The notes under the pieces: generated by a model
The model's input: the letters and a program-made list of their open reading frames with translations, nothing else
Database searches by the model: none
What the model was told of the DNA's origin: nothing
From: an uncultured Gemmatimonadales bacterium
GTDB taxonomy: Bacteria; Gemmatimonadota; Gemmatimonadetes; Longimicrobiales; RSA9
NCBI GenBank assembly: GCA_963708135.1
Contig: OY970192.1
Location: forward strand, 896,001 to 960,000
Length of the DNA stretch: 64,000 bases
Reading direction: 5' to 3'
Made by a program: the position numbers and the translations under genes
Shown here: in pieces, positions 29,482 to 38,952 of the stretch
How the letters are laid out: the number at the start of each line of letters is the position of its first letter
Position numbering within the stretch: the stretch's first letter is position 1

Positions 29482-30683
29482 TCGCGCGGAAGAAGCGGGT
29501 CGTGCTGCTGGGTGCCTCCCGCTACTACACGTCCAGCATCGGCGTCGCGCGCGCGGCGGGCTACCACGTCATCGCGCTCGACCGGAACGCGGACGCGCCC
29601 GGGCTGGCGGCGGCGGACGAGGGCGTCGTCTGCGACATCGTGGACGGGCGCGCCGTGCTCGAGGTCGCTCGCGGTGTCGGCGCGGAGGGCATCGTGCCGC
29701 TCAACGACTACGGCGTGCCCACGGCGGCGCACGTTGCCGCGCGGCTCGGGCTCCCCGGCATCGGCGAGGAGGCCGCCTTCCTCGCCACGGACAAGTGGGC
29801 GATGCGGCGGCGCTGGATGGAGGCGGGGGTGCCCTGCCCGCCGATGGCGCTGGCACGCACCCCCGAGGAGTTCGACGCGGCCGCGGAGACCGTGGGGCTT
29901 CCCTGCATCCTGAAGCCGGCGCACGGAATCGGCGGCGGCAGCCGCGGCGTGATCGTGGTCCGGTCCGCCGGCGAGCTGCCCGCGGCCATTGCCTTCTCGC
30001 AGAGCTTCTACGACGACCCCGAGACGCTGGTCGAGGCGTTCGTGGACGCCGAGGTCGAGCATTCGGCCGAGGTGCTGATCGTCGATGGCTCGCCGCACGT
30101 CATTGCCATCGCGGACAAGGTGAAGACGCCGTTGCCGTACCGCGTCAACAAGACCGTGCTCTATCCAAGCCGGCTCCCCCCGGAGCGCCGCGAGCTGCTG
30201 CGCCGCACCATCGCGGATGCCGTACGGTCCCTCGGCCTCACTACTGGCGCCGCCCACGTCGAGCTCGCGTCCACCGCCGACGGCCCGCTCCTCTTCGAGC
30301 TGGGCGCCCGCTGCGGCGGCGGCGGCACCCCCGAACCCGTCGTCCGCTACGCCACCGGCGTGGACGAGGTGGTGGAGGTGGTGCGGATCCTCGTCGGCGA
30401 TACCCCCGCCAATCTCCGGCCGACGCTGGAGCGCGGCTGCGCCTACCACTTCCTGACTCCCGCGCCGGGGGTGGTCCGCGCCGTGCATGGGCTGGCGGAG
30501 GCGCGCAGCCGACGGGGGGTGCTCGACGCCGAGGTGTTCATCGGGCCGGGGGGCACCATCCCCGAGGTCCGCACGGGGCCGAACCGCGCCGGCTTCGTGA
30601 TCGCGGGTGCGGCCACCCGGGAAGGCGCGCTCCGCGTCGCCGCGGAGGCCGAGTCGCTCATCCGCTTCGAATACGTGAACTGA
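29478..30683 (+). CDS. ATP-grasp domain ligase
   Basis: TDKWAMR, PCILKPAHGIGGGSRGV, LVEAFV, AHVEL, FELGARCGGG. Confidence 0.88.
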   Translation: MIARKKRVVLLGASRYYTSSIGVARAAGYHVIALDRNADAPGLAAADEGVVCDIVDGRAVLEVARGVGAEGIVPLNDYGVPTAAHVAARLGLPGIGEEAAFLATDKWAMRRRWMEAGVPCPPMALARTPEEFDAAAETVGLPCILKPAHGIGGGSRGVIVVRSAGELPAAIAFSQSFYDDPETLVEAFVDAEVEHSAEVLIVDGSPHVIAIADKVKTPLPYRVNKTVLYPSRLPPERRELLRRTIADAVRSLGLTTGAAHVELASTADGPLLFELGARCGGGGTPEPVVRYATGVDEVVEVVRILVGDTPANLRPTLERGCAYHFLTPAPGVVRAVHGLAEARSRRGVLDAEVFIGPGGTIPEVRTGPNRAGFVIAGAATREGALRVAAEAESLIRFEYVN

Positions 30684-30729
30684 GCCTTCCGCCTTCGCGC
30701 GGCGGCTTCCGGCCAGGGACATCGATCGC

Positions 30730-31962
30730 ATGCCGCACCAGCAGACCATCGGAGCACCGCAGCGCCGCGCGCGCCCCGTCCAGGCACCGTCCCCCGGGGA
30801 GCACCGGGTGTGCGCACGCTGCATCTACGACACGCGCATCCAGGGCATACATTTCGATGACGACGGCGTGTGCCAGTACTGCCGGCAGACGGAGGAGCTG
30901 AAGGCCCGGTACGGCACCGGCACCGCCGAGGGGCGGCGCCGGCTCGATGCCAGCCTCTCCGAGATCCGCGCCGCGGGGCGCGGCCGCCGCTACGACTGCG
31001 TGGTCGGCGTGAGCGGCGGGACCGACTCCTCCTTTCTGGTCGCGAAGGCCGTGGAATGGGGGCTCCGGCCGCTCGCCGTGCATTACGACAACACCTGGAA
31101 CTCCGCCATCGCGACGGAGAACATCCGCAAGGTGCTCGGCGCGCTGGACGTCAACCTCTACACGTACGTCATTGACAACCGCGAGGCGGACGACCTGTTC
31201 CGCTCCTTCTTTCTGGCGGGCGTGCTCGACCTCGACGCCTCCACGGACCTGGCGCTGGCGGAGATCATGTACCGCGCGGCCAGCGAGAACGGTGTCGGCT
31301 ACGTGCTGGAGGGCCACTCCTTCGTTGCCGAGGGAGTAGCGCCGCTCTCCTACGGCTATTTCGACGGCAGACTGATCGAGAGCATCCACCGCCGCTTCGG
31401 CCGGCTGCCGATGAGGACCTACCCGAACATGAAGTTCTGGACCTTCATGAAGTGGGTGCTCCTCAAGCGCATCCGGAAGGTGCGCCCCTTGTGGTACCTG
31501 GACTACTCGAAGCAGGAGGCGCGGGAGTTCCTGGAGCGGGAGTTCGGCTGGGAGTACTACGGCGGCCACCACCTGGAGAACCGGCTGAGCGAGTTCAGCC
31601 ACAAGTACTACCTGCCCCGGAAGTTCGGCATCGACCAGCGCAACAACAGCCTCTCGGCCGCTGTGCGCGCCGGCCGCATGGCGCGCGAGGATGCGCTGCG
31701 CGAGTACGCCACTCCGCCCACCCTCGCCCCCGAGATGCTCGCCTACACGCGCAAGCGCTTCGGCATGACCGAGGGCGAGTTCGAGGACGTCATGCGCCAG
31801 CCGCCCCACCGCTCGAGCGAGTACCCGACCTATAAGCCGACCTTCGAGCGGCTACGCCCGCTCTTCCGCGTGCTGGCCGAGCGCGACCTCGTGCCGATGA
31901 GCTTCTACCTGAAGTACTGTACGCCGGCCGAGCGCGCGCAGCCCGCGGCCGCCGCCCGATGA
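30730..31962 (+). CDS. N-acetyl sugar amidotransferase (WbuX/WbpG family, PP-loop)
   Basis: CARC..CQYC zinc motif, YDCVVGVSGGTDSS, HYDNTWN, GWEYYGGHHLE. Confidence 0.9.
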   Translation: MPHQQTIGAPQRRARPVQAPSPGEHRVCARCIYDTRIQGIHFDDDGVCQYCRQTEELKARYGTGTAEGRRRLDASLSEIRAAGRGRRYDCVVGVSGGTDSSFLVAKAVEWGLRPLAVHYDNTWNSAIATENIRKVLGALDVNLYTYVIDNREADDLFRSFFLAGVLDLDASTDLALAEIMYRAASENGVGYVLEGHSFVAEGVAPLSYGYFDGRLIESIHRRFGRLPMRTYPNMKFWTFMKWVLLKRIRKVRPLWYLDYSKQEAREFLEREFGWEYYGGHHLENRLSEFSHKYYLPRKFGIDQRNNSLSAAVRAGRMAREDALREYATPPTLAPEMLAYTRKRFGMTEGEFEDVMRQPPHRSSEYPTYKPTFERLRPLFRVLAERDLVPMSFYLKYCTPAERAQPAAAAR

Positions 31963-32564
31963 TCGTCATCGTCGATTACGGCATGGGCAACCTCGGCTCG
32001 ATCCGCAACATGCTCCGCCGGATCGGGGTCGAGAGCCGCATCGCCTCGGAGCCGCACGGCGTCGCGGACGCCGACAGGCTGATCCTCCCGGGCGTCGGCG
32101 CCTTCGACGAGGCCATGGGACGGATCGAGGCCTCGGGCCTGCGCCCCGTGCTCGACCGCAAGGCGCTCGAGGAGCGCATCCCCGTGCTCGGCATCTGCCT
32201 GGGCATGCAGCTCCTGACCCGCGGCAGCGAGGAGGGGCGGCGGCCAGGCCTCGGCTGGCTGCCCGGCCGCACCGTGGCCTTCCCGCGCGGCAACGGGCTC
32301 AAGGTGCCCCACATCGGGTGGAATCTCGTCTCCCGCCCGCGCGAGAGCCCGCTTACCGACGGCTTCGATCCCGAGACCCGCTTCTACTTCGTCCATTCCT
32401 ACCGGGTGGAGGCCGACGACCCCGCCGACGTGATTCTCCGGACCGAGTACGGGGTCGAGTTCGACGCGGCCATCGAGCACGGCAACGTCTTCGGCGCGCA
32501 GTTCCACCCGGAGAAGAGCCACCGGTTCGGCATGCGCCTGCTGCGCAACTTCGCGGAGCTGTAG
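31959..32564 (+). CDS. hisH: HisH-like glutamine amidotransferase subunit (WbuY/HisH2 type)
   Basis: DYGMGNLGS, LPGVGAF, LGICLGMQ, VPHIGWN, YFVHSY, QFHPEKS. Confidence 0.9.
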   Translation: MIVIVDYGMGNLGSIRNMLRRIGVESRIASEPHGVADADRLILPGVGAFDEAMGRIEASGLRPVLDRKALEERIPVLGICLGMQLLTRGSEEGRRPGLGWLPGRTVAFPRGNGLKVPHIGWNLVSRPRESPLTDGFDPETRFYFVHSYRVEADDPADVILRTEYGVEFDAAIEHGNVFGAQFHPEKSHRFGMRLLRNFAEL

Positions 32565-32566
32565 CG

Positions 32567-33394
32567 TTGCTCCGCAACCGCATCATCCCCTGCCTTCAGC
32601 TGCGGGGCGAGTCGCTCGTCAAGACGGTCCGCTTCGGCAAGTTCCGCTACGTCGGCGACCCGGCCAACGCCTGCCGCATCTTCAATGAGCTGGAGGTGGA
32701 CGAGCTGGCCTTCCTCGACATCGCCGCCAGCCGCGAGGACCGCGGCCCCAACTTCGACGTGCTCGCCGAGATCGCGGATGAGTGCTTCATGCCCCTCTCC
32801 TACGGCGGCGGCGTGGACGGCCGCGCCACCGCCGAGCGCGTGCTCAAGCTCGGTTTCGAGAAGGTGATCCTCAACACGCCCGCGCTGCGCCGCCCGCAGC
32901 TGGTCACCGAGCTCGCCGAGGTCTTCGGCAGCCAGAGCGTGATCGTGGCCATCGACGTGAAGCGGACCTGGCGCGGCGTCCAGCGCTGCCGCGGCCTCTC
33001 CGGGAGGCTCCGCACGCGCCGCCGGCCCGTCAACTGGGCGCGCGAGGTGGAGGGCCTCGGAGCCGGCGAGATCCTGCTCACCTCCATCGACCGCGAGGGG
33101 ACGTGGAGCGGCTTCGACCTCGAGCTGGTACGCTCCGTGACCGACGCCGTCTCCATTCCCGTCATCGCTCACGGCGGCGCGGGCTGCGTGGACGACATCG
33201 GCCGCGCCATTCGCGATGGCGGCGCGTCCGCCGTCGCCCTCGGCAGCATGGTCGTCTTCCAGAAGAAGGGGATGGGCGTGCTGGTCAATTTCCCGGACGA
33301 GACTCGCCTCCACGCGGCCATCCGCGGCGAGCCGGCCGCCGCCCCGGGCCCGTCCGCGAAGAAGGCGGCGCCGCCGGTCGGGGCGCCGCGCTGA
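32567..33394 (+). CDS. HisF-like cyclase subunit (WbuZ/AglZ/HisF2 type)
   Basis: TTG start; RIIPCLQL..LVKTVRF..YVGDPAN, VDEL, MPLSYGGG, GAGEILLTSIDREGT. Confidence 0.88.
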   Translation: MLRNRIIPCLQLRGESLVKTVRFGKFRYVGDPANACRIFNELEVDELAFLDIAASREDRGPNFDVLAEIADECFMPLSYGGGVDGRATAERVLKLGFEKVILNTPALRRPQLVTELAEVFGSQSVIVAIDVKRTWRGVQRCRGLSGRLRTRRRPVNWAREVEGLGAGEILLTSIDREGTWSGFDLELVRSVTDAVSIPVIAHGGAGCVDDIGRAIRDGGASAVALGSMVVFQKKGMGVLVNFPDETRLHAAIRGEPAAAPGPSAKKAAPPVGAPR

Positions 33395-34942
33395 ATGGCC
33401 TCGGAGGCGGCGTTCCGGGACGGCCTTCCCGGCGACGCGCTGAGCGTGGAGGCTTCGCGGGGCCCGCGGCCGGCCACCGCCCTCGGCCTCTTCCGCGTCC
33501 TCGGCGGCGACATCGTCCGCTACGGCATCCTGGGCGGGCTGGCGAAGGGGATCAGCTTTCTCCTGCTGCCCGTTCTCACCCGCCTCTTCTCGCCGGACCA
33601 GTTCGGTGTCTACGACATCGTGGCCACGGCCGTTACGCTCACGACCACCACGATGGTCGTGGACCTCAACGGCGCGCTGGCGCGCTTCTACGACGAGTAC
33701 CGCGCCCGCGGCGGCGGCGTGTACTCCTCGGCGCTCCTGTTCGTGGCCGTGTGGGGCGGGATCCTGGCCGTTGCCGGCAGCATCGCCTGCCCGCTGCTCG
33801 CGCGTGCGTTCCCGCGCGAGGCGGCCATCTTCGAGCTGCTCGGGTTTGCCGTGTGGATTGCCTGGTTCATGGGGCTCAACCAGGTCGGCGACATGGTGCT
33901 CCGCATGCAGAAGCGGATCGTCGCCTACAACGCTCTCGCCATGCTCGAGGCCGCCGTCTTCCTGTCCGTGGCCATTATCGGGCTGACCTGGTTCCACCTC
34001 GGGCTGAAGTGGGTCTTCATCTCCCAGCTCTGTGGCGTTGTCGTTCACGCCGCGCTGCTCGCCGCGATCACGCGCGAGGAGCTGCTCCGGCGCCCCTCGG
34101 CCGCCACGCTGAGGCGGGCGCTCCGCTTCTCGCTCCCGATGTTCCCCGCCATCTTCGTGGGCTGGGCCAACCGCCAGGCCGACCGCGCGATCCTGCTCGT
34201 GCTGATCGGCACCGGCGCGGTCGGCATCTACGTCGCCGGCGCCCGCCTCGCCAACATGGTCGGATACGTCATGGTCATGTTCAACATGGCCTGGCTGCCC
34301 TTCTCCATGAGCATCATCGGCGAGGACGCGGCGGTCCGCGGCCGCGTCTACTCCAGCATGCTGCGCTATTTCCTCGGCGTCTTCCTCGCCGCCAGCCTCT
34401 GCGTCAGCGGCTTCGGGCCCGAGATCGCCACCACCATCGTGACCAGGGAGTACGTCCAGGCCGCCACCTTCCTCCCCTGGCTGCTGGGCGCCGTGGTGCT
34501 CCACCAGTCCGGCAACATGGTCAACATCGGCACCCTCGTCAGCGAGGATACCTGGATCAACGCCGTTGCCGCCTCCGTCGGGCTCGCCGTCAACGCGCTC
34601 CTCTGCATCCTGCTCGTGCGTCGCTACGGCGCCGCCGGCGCGGCCTACGGCACCTTCCTCGGCGAGCTGTGCGTGTGCGCCGTCGTCTATACCCGTACCC
34701 AGAAGAGCGGCGTGGCGGCATTCGACACGCGGGTCGTGCTGGGCCTGCTCGGGACCTACATCCTGGCGAGCGCCCTCATCCGCTGGCTGGACATCGGCGT
34801 GGCCGCCGGTGCCTCCCCGCTGCGCTGGCGCGGCGCGGTCGCGGTCGGCGGCGCCCTCGCGATCGGCGCCTTGGCGTTCGCGGACCTGCGCGCCCACGCG
34901 CCCCGCTTGCTGGCGCGCCTTCCGGGCCCCGGACGCGCATGA
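33395..34942 (+). CDS. Wzx-type oligosaccharide flippase
   Basis: About 12-14 TM helices, FLLLPVLTRLFSPDQFG, ADR..L..LIG..AVGIY. Confidence 0.85.
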   Translation: MASEAAFRDGLPGDALSVEASRGPRPATALGLFRVLGGDIVRYGILGGLAKGISFLLLPVLTRLFSPDQFGVYDIVATAVTLTTTTMVVDLNGALARFYDEYRARGGGVYSSALLFVAVWGGILAVAGSIACPLLARAFPREAAIFELLGFAVWIAWFMGLNQVGDMVLRMQKRIVAYNALAMLEAAVFLSVAIIGLTWFHLGLKWVFISQLCGVVVHAALLAAITREELLRRPSAATLRRALRFSLPMFPAIFVGWANRQADRAILLVLIGTGAVGIYVAGARLANMVGYVMVMFNMAWLPFSMSIIGEDAAVRGRVYSSMLRYFLGVFLAASLCVSGFGPEIATTIVTREYVQAATFLPWLLGAVVLHQSGNMVNIGTLVSEDTWINAVAASVGLAVNALLCILLVRRYGAAGAAYGTFLGELCVCAVVYTRTQKSGVAAFDTRVVLGLLGTYILASALIRWLDIGVAAGASPLRWRGAVAVGGALAIGALAFADLRAHAPRLLARLPGPGRA

Positions 34943-36090
34943 TGGAGGCGCCCCTGAAGCCGACGATCCCCGGGCGAGCCCAGGCGCCCGCCGGCCCGCC
35001 TGCCCGCGGAGCGATCCTCCTGAACGCGCTCTCCAGCCGGACGGGCGGCGTGCTCACCCGCATCGAGGAGGTGGTCCGCAGGGCACCAGGCGTATGGGGG
35101 CGCGAGGCGCTCGTGCTGCGGACGGCCGAGGCACGCCTGAGCGATCTCGGGCCGCGCGAGCGGCCCACGCCGGCCGTGTACGAGGCCGCGCCGATCCCGC
35201 TCCGCCGGCTCCTCGATCCCGTCGTGCTCGCCGGCGTCGACCGCCACCACCGCGCCGCGGCCGTGCTCCACTACTGCAGCCACGTGCCGTACCGCGCCCG
35301 CTTCGGCCCAACGCTCCTGTGCGTCACCAACATGGCGCCGTGGGATCCCGGACCCGGCGGTGCCTCGCTCCGCAACCGCCTGCTCAGGCGGCTGTTCGAG
35401 CGCACCGCCACCGCCGCCGATCTGGTGGTGGTGCAGTCCGCGGCCACGCGCGACGCCCTCGCCGCGCGCTACCCGGCCCTCTCCGGCCGGCTGCGCGTGG
35501 TGCGCAACGGCGTGGCCACGCCGCGCCTTCAGCGGCCCGCGCAACGGCGCGGATTCCTCGCCGTCGGCGACGTCCACGCGTACCGCCGCTACGACGCGCT
35601 GGTCGAGGCCTACGCGGCGCTCCCGGCCTCCGTGCGCCGGGAGCACCCTCTCCTGCTGGCGGGATCGGACCGCCACGACCCGCCGGCGCGCGCCCGGCTC
35701 GGCGAGGCGGTGTGGCGGCACGGGCTCGAGAGCGACGTTTCGCTGCTCGGGCCTCTGTCCCGGGCGGAGGTCCTCGACCGGATGGCGTGCGCCCGCGCCT
35801 ACGTTTCCTTCGCGAGCGCCGAGAACGGCCCCAACGCGCTCCTGGAGGCGGCGGTGATCGGGGTACCGCTCGTTCTCTCAAGCCTGCCGGTGCACCGCGA
35901 GTACGCCGCGCACGCGGGCGGTCGAGTCGTCGCCTTCGTGGGCAATGTGGCGGAGCTTTCGGAGGCACTGGCTGCCGTCGCGCGTGGGGCGCACGAAGGC
36001 GGCGCGGGGCCGATCCCGGCGCGGGACCTGTGGCGGACGCACATGGAGGAGATGGCGGAGGTGCTCGCGGAGGTGGGCGTTGTGGCCTGA
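34939..36090 (+). CDS. Glycosyltransferase, GT4/GT-B family
   Basis: EX7E motif ENGPNALLE, RVVRNGV, VPLVLSSLPVHRE. Confidence 0.78.
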   Translation: MMEAPLKPTIPGRAQAPAGPPARGAILLNALSSRTGGVLTRIEEVVRRAPGVWGREALVLRTAEARLSDLGPRERPTPAVYEAAPIPLRRLLDPVVLAGVDRHHRAAAVLHYCSHVPYRARFGPTLLCVTNMAPWDPGPGGASLRNRLLRRLFERTATAADLVVVQSAATRDALAARYPALSGRLRVVRNGVATPRLQRPAQRRGFLAVGDVHAYRRYDALVEAYAALPASVRREHPLLLAGSDRHDPPARARLGEAVWRHGLESDVSLLGPLSRAEVLDRMACARAYVSFASAENGPNALLEAAVIGVPLVLSSLPVHREYAAHAGGRVVAFVGNVAELSEALAAVARGAHEGGAGPIPARDLWRTHMEEMAEVLAEVGVVA

Positions 36091-37639
36091 GACGGCGCCC
36101 TGGGTGGTCCTCGCGCTCGCCTTCCTGGGCCTCGGCGTGCTCGAGGCGTGGCTGCTCAACCGCTCGCCGACCGACCACCGCGCGCACGTCTTCATGATCC
36201 GCGAGACCATGCGCCACCGCTGGCGCCTGCCGGCCGCGCCGCGCGCGATCGTGAACCCCGCCTCCTGGGGGGCCTACCCGATCGTGCTGCACTTCCTGAT
36301 CGGCAAGTTGCCGCGCCGGCTGGACCGGCCGATCGCGCTCATGCAGGCACCCCTGTTCACGCTCGCGACGACGCTCGTGGTCGTGCTCGCCCTCGCCGGG
36401 GGATCCACGGCTGGGGCCCTCCTGGCCTTCGCGCTGGCGCTCTTCTCGCCCACGAACTTCGACGCGAGCAATGCCCGCAATTACGGGCTCGGCTCGCGCG
36501 CGGCCGGGCAGCTCTTCTTCGCGCTGCTCGTGCTCTCGACCCTGCACCTCGGCGCCGCGCCCACGCCCGCCGCCTGGCTGCTGGCCGGCCTTGCGGCCGT
36601 CGGCCTCGTGGCCATCAACACGTTCGCCCTGCAGGGCGCCATCTTCTGGGCCCTCGCTTCCCTCGCCTTCGGCGAGTGGCGGCCGCTCCTCCTGCTGGTC
36701 GCCGGCGCGGCGGCGTTCGCGCTCCTCTTCGGCGAGTACGGCCGGGGGTACCTGCGCGATACGTTCCGCTACTGGCGCGCCTACCAGGCGCAGCTCGCCG
36801 GCGTCTTCGTGCTGACCAATTACCCGAGCTACTGGGTCACGCCCTTCGTCGAGCTGCCGCGCGCGCTGCGTGCCCGCCAGTGGAAGCGCGCCGGGCTGCT
36901 GGTCTGGAAGAACACCTTCGCCAACTCGCTCCTGCTGAACCCGCTCCCGTGGCTGGCCGTGCTGGGCGGGGCCGTGGCGGTCGAGGCGGCCCGCCCCCTC
37001 TGGGGCCTCTTCGCGGGCGGGTTCCTGGCCTTCTTTCTGACGTCGCTGCGCCCCATGCGCTTCTGGGGGGAGCCGCACCGCTATCTGGAGTTCCTGACGC
37101 CGTTCGCGGCTTGGGTGGTGGCCCGCCACCTGGGCGCGCTGCCCGCGTGGATCCCCGTGGGCTTCGCCGCCATGATCGCGGCCCAGCTCGCGCTGGCCGT
37201 GGCGCTCTCGCGCCGGATGTCCTCGTCCGAGAAGGATCTGCGCAGGGTCGAGGAGCTCCTCGTCGAGCGCCCCGAGCCGCCGGTCCTTCTCTCCAACGAC
37301 AACTACGCCACGCGCTACTTCATGAAGCACGACTGGAAGTTCGTCACCCTCTGGTCGATCGACCGGCCGTTCTGCGGCCTGCCGGCCAGCGAGGTGTTCG
37401 CGCGCTATCCCTACCTCCGGTTCGACGCGGTGTGCAGGGCGATCGACGAGTTCGCGCCCAGCGCCCTGCTCATGCGCGATCTCGAGGAGGAGCAGGACGA
37501 GCGACTCCGCGAGGACGGCTACGCGCGGGCCGAGCGTGTCGGCCCCTTCGCCCTGTGGCTGCGGAACGGGCACGCCCCGGCGACGAACTGCGCGGCGGCG
37601 CGCGGCCGCCCGGCGGAACCGGAGGCGGACCCATGCTGA
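36080..37639 (+). CDS. Multi-pass membrane protein, possibly a GT-C-like transferase
   Basis: TTG start (uncertain); first TM followed by a loop with DHRAH..AYPIVLH; about 10 further TM helices; GEPHRYLEF; soluble C-terminal domain. Confidence 0.55.
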   Translation: MWPETAPWVVLALAFLGLGVLEAWLLNRSPTDHRAHVFMIRETMRHRWRLPAAPRAIVNPASWGAYPIVLHFLIGKLPRRLDRPIALMQAPLFTLATTLVVVLALAGGSTAGALLAFALALFSPTNFDASNARNYGLGSRAAGQLFFALLVLSTLHLGAAPTPAAWLLAGLAAVGLVAINTFALQGAIFWALASLAFGEWRPLLLLVAGAAAFALLFGEYGRGYLRDTFRYWRAYQAQLAGVFVLTNYPSYWVTPFVELPRALRARQWKRAGLLVWKNTFANSLLLNPLPWLAVLGGAVAVEAARPLWGLFAGGFLAFFLTSLRPMRFWGEPHRYLEFLTPFAAWVVARHLGALPAWIPVGFAAMIAAQLALAVALSRRMSSSEKDLRRVEELLVERPEPPVLLSNDNYATRYFMKHDWKFVTLWSIDRPFCGLPASEVFARYPYLRFDAVCRAIDEFAPSALLMRDLEEEQDERLREDGYARAERVGPFALWLRNGHAPATNCAAARGRPAEPEADPC

Positions 37640-38952
37640 GCATCGGCGTGCAGGTCGCCCTGGCGACCCTCTTCATCGCGCTCGGCGTCGTCATCTTCGC
37701 AGCCAACCGGGACATCTTCTCGCCGGAGAAGTACCTCTACCTCAACACCGGCGTGTTCTTCGGCTCCGTCTTCTTCGAGCCCAAGTCGGCGCTGTCGTAT
37801 ACAATTTTCCTGCTCGTCTGCTGCACGATCTTTGTCGGTGGCGTGCTCCAGTGGGGAGGGCGGCGCTACGTGCGAGGGGCGCCCGTCCAGACGGAGGGGC
37901 GGGTCGATCTGCCGCAGCGTGTGCCGCTGCTGCTCCTCCTGGTCGGGCTGTCGATGCTGCTGGCGCACGCCTACGTCGTCTACTCGCTGGGCGGGCTCCG
38001 CGGCTACGCGGCGTGGCTGCCGATGCGCGTCGCCAACCAGGGGCGGTTCATGATCCTGAGGATCTACTCGCGCCAGATCCTCGTCGTCTACCTGCTCTTC
38101 TTCTGCATCCTGATCACCGCGCGCACCGCCGCCTGGGTCCGGTACGTGGTGGCGCCGCTCCTCTTCTTCGCCACCGCCATCGTGCTCGTCATGCAGGGAT
38201 CCCGCTCCACGGTCCTCCTGCCGTTCCTCTTCTCCATCATGTGCTGGCATTACCTGAAGCGGCGGGTCAGGACCGTCTTCGTGCTCCTCGCCGGCAGCGG
38301 CCTGCTCGTGGCGGCCTCCTTCCTCGAGGTCTACCGCAGAACCCTGCACATGGCGCTGCACGGGAGCTCCTTCTCCTACAAGTTCCTCGACTACGGCTTC
38401 CTCCCCGTCGAGATCTGGGAGAAGAGCCGTGTGCATTTCCTCGCGGCCGGCTCGACGCTGCTCGCCGGCGTCACCAATCTCGTGCCGCGCGCCATCTGGG
38501 CCGGCAAGCCGGACTCCGGCGGCACGGTCCTCAACTCGGTCTTCGCCCACGGCGCCTGGACCTCCTCGAGCGTCACGACGGGGATCTTCGTGGAGGGGCT
38601 GATCAACTTCGGCCTCGTCGTCGGCCTCGTCTTCGGAACCCTTGCCCTCGGAGGAGCGCTCATTGCGCTGATGATGTGGTACCGCCGTCGGCCCTGGTCC
38701 GGCGCGGACGGCCGGGGGCCGCTTTCGCGCAGCTACGGCATGGTCGCCTACCTGCTCGTCATGCACTACGTCTGCAACCTCCATGTGGAGGAGTTCGCTT
38801 ACTCCACCAGCATGATGCTGCTCAGCCTCGTGGTGCTGAGCGGGCTCGTGCTCGCCTTCCGGGCGACGCCGTTCCTCGGCGCGCGCCGGGTGCGCCTGCG
38901 CCAGAGGCGCTTCCGCCTCGCGGACCGGGAACGCTACCCGGTGCGCGGATGA
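37633..38952 (+). CDS. Probable Wzy O-antigen/capsule polymerase
   Basis: About 10-11 TM helices, GSRS motif, LVPRAIWAGKP, TTGIFVEGLINFG. Confidence 0.72.
   Translation: MLSIGVQVALATLFIALGVVIFAANRDIFSPEKYLYLNTGVFFGSVFFEPKSALSYTIFLLVCCTIFVGGVLQWGGRRYVRGAPVQTEGRVDLPQRVPLLLLLVGLSMLLAHAYVVYSLGGLRGYAAWLPMRVANQGRFMILRIYSRQILVVYLLFFCILITARTAAWVRYVVAPLLFFATAIVLVMQGSRSTVLLPFLFSIMCWHYLKRRVRTVFVLLAGSGLLVAASFLEVYRRTLHMALHGSSFSYKFLDYGFLPVEIWEKSRVHFLAAGSTLLAGVTNLVPRAIWAGKPDSGGTVLNSVFAHGAWTSSSVTTGIFVEGLINFGLVVGLVFGTLALGGALIALMMWYRRRPWSGADGRGPLSRSYGMVAYLLVMHYVCNLHVEEFAYSTSMMLLSLVVLSGLVLAFRATPFLGARRVRLRQRRFRLADRERYPVRG

Noticed and set aside
31959..33394. Histidine biosynthesis operon
   Set aside because: Only HisH/HisF paralogues next to a WbuX-type amidotransferase; no other his genes
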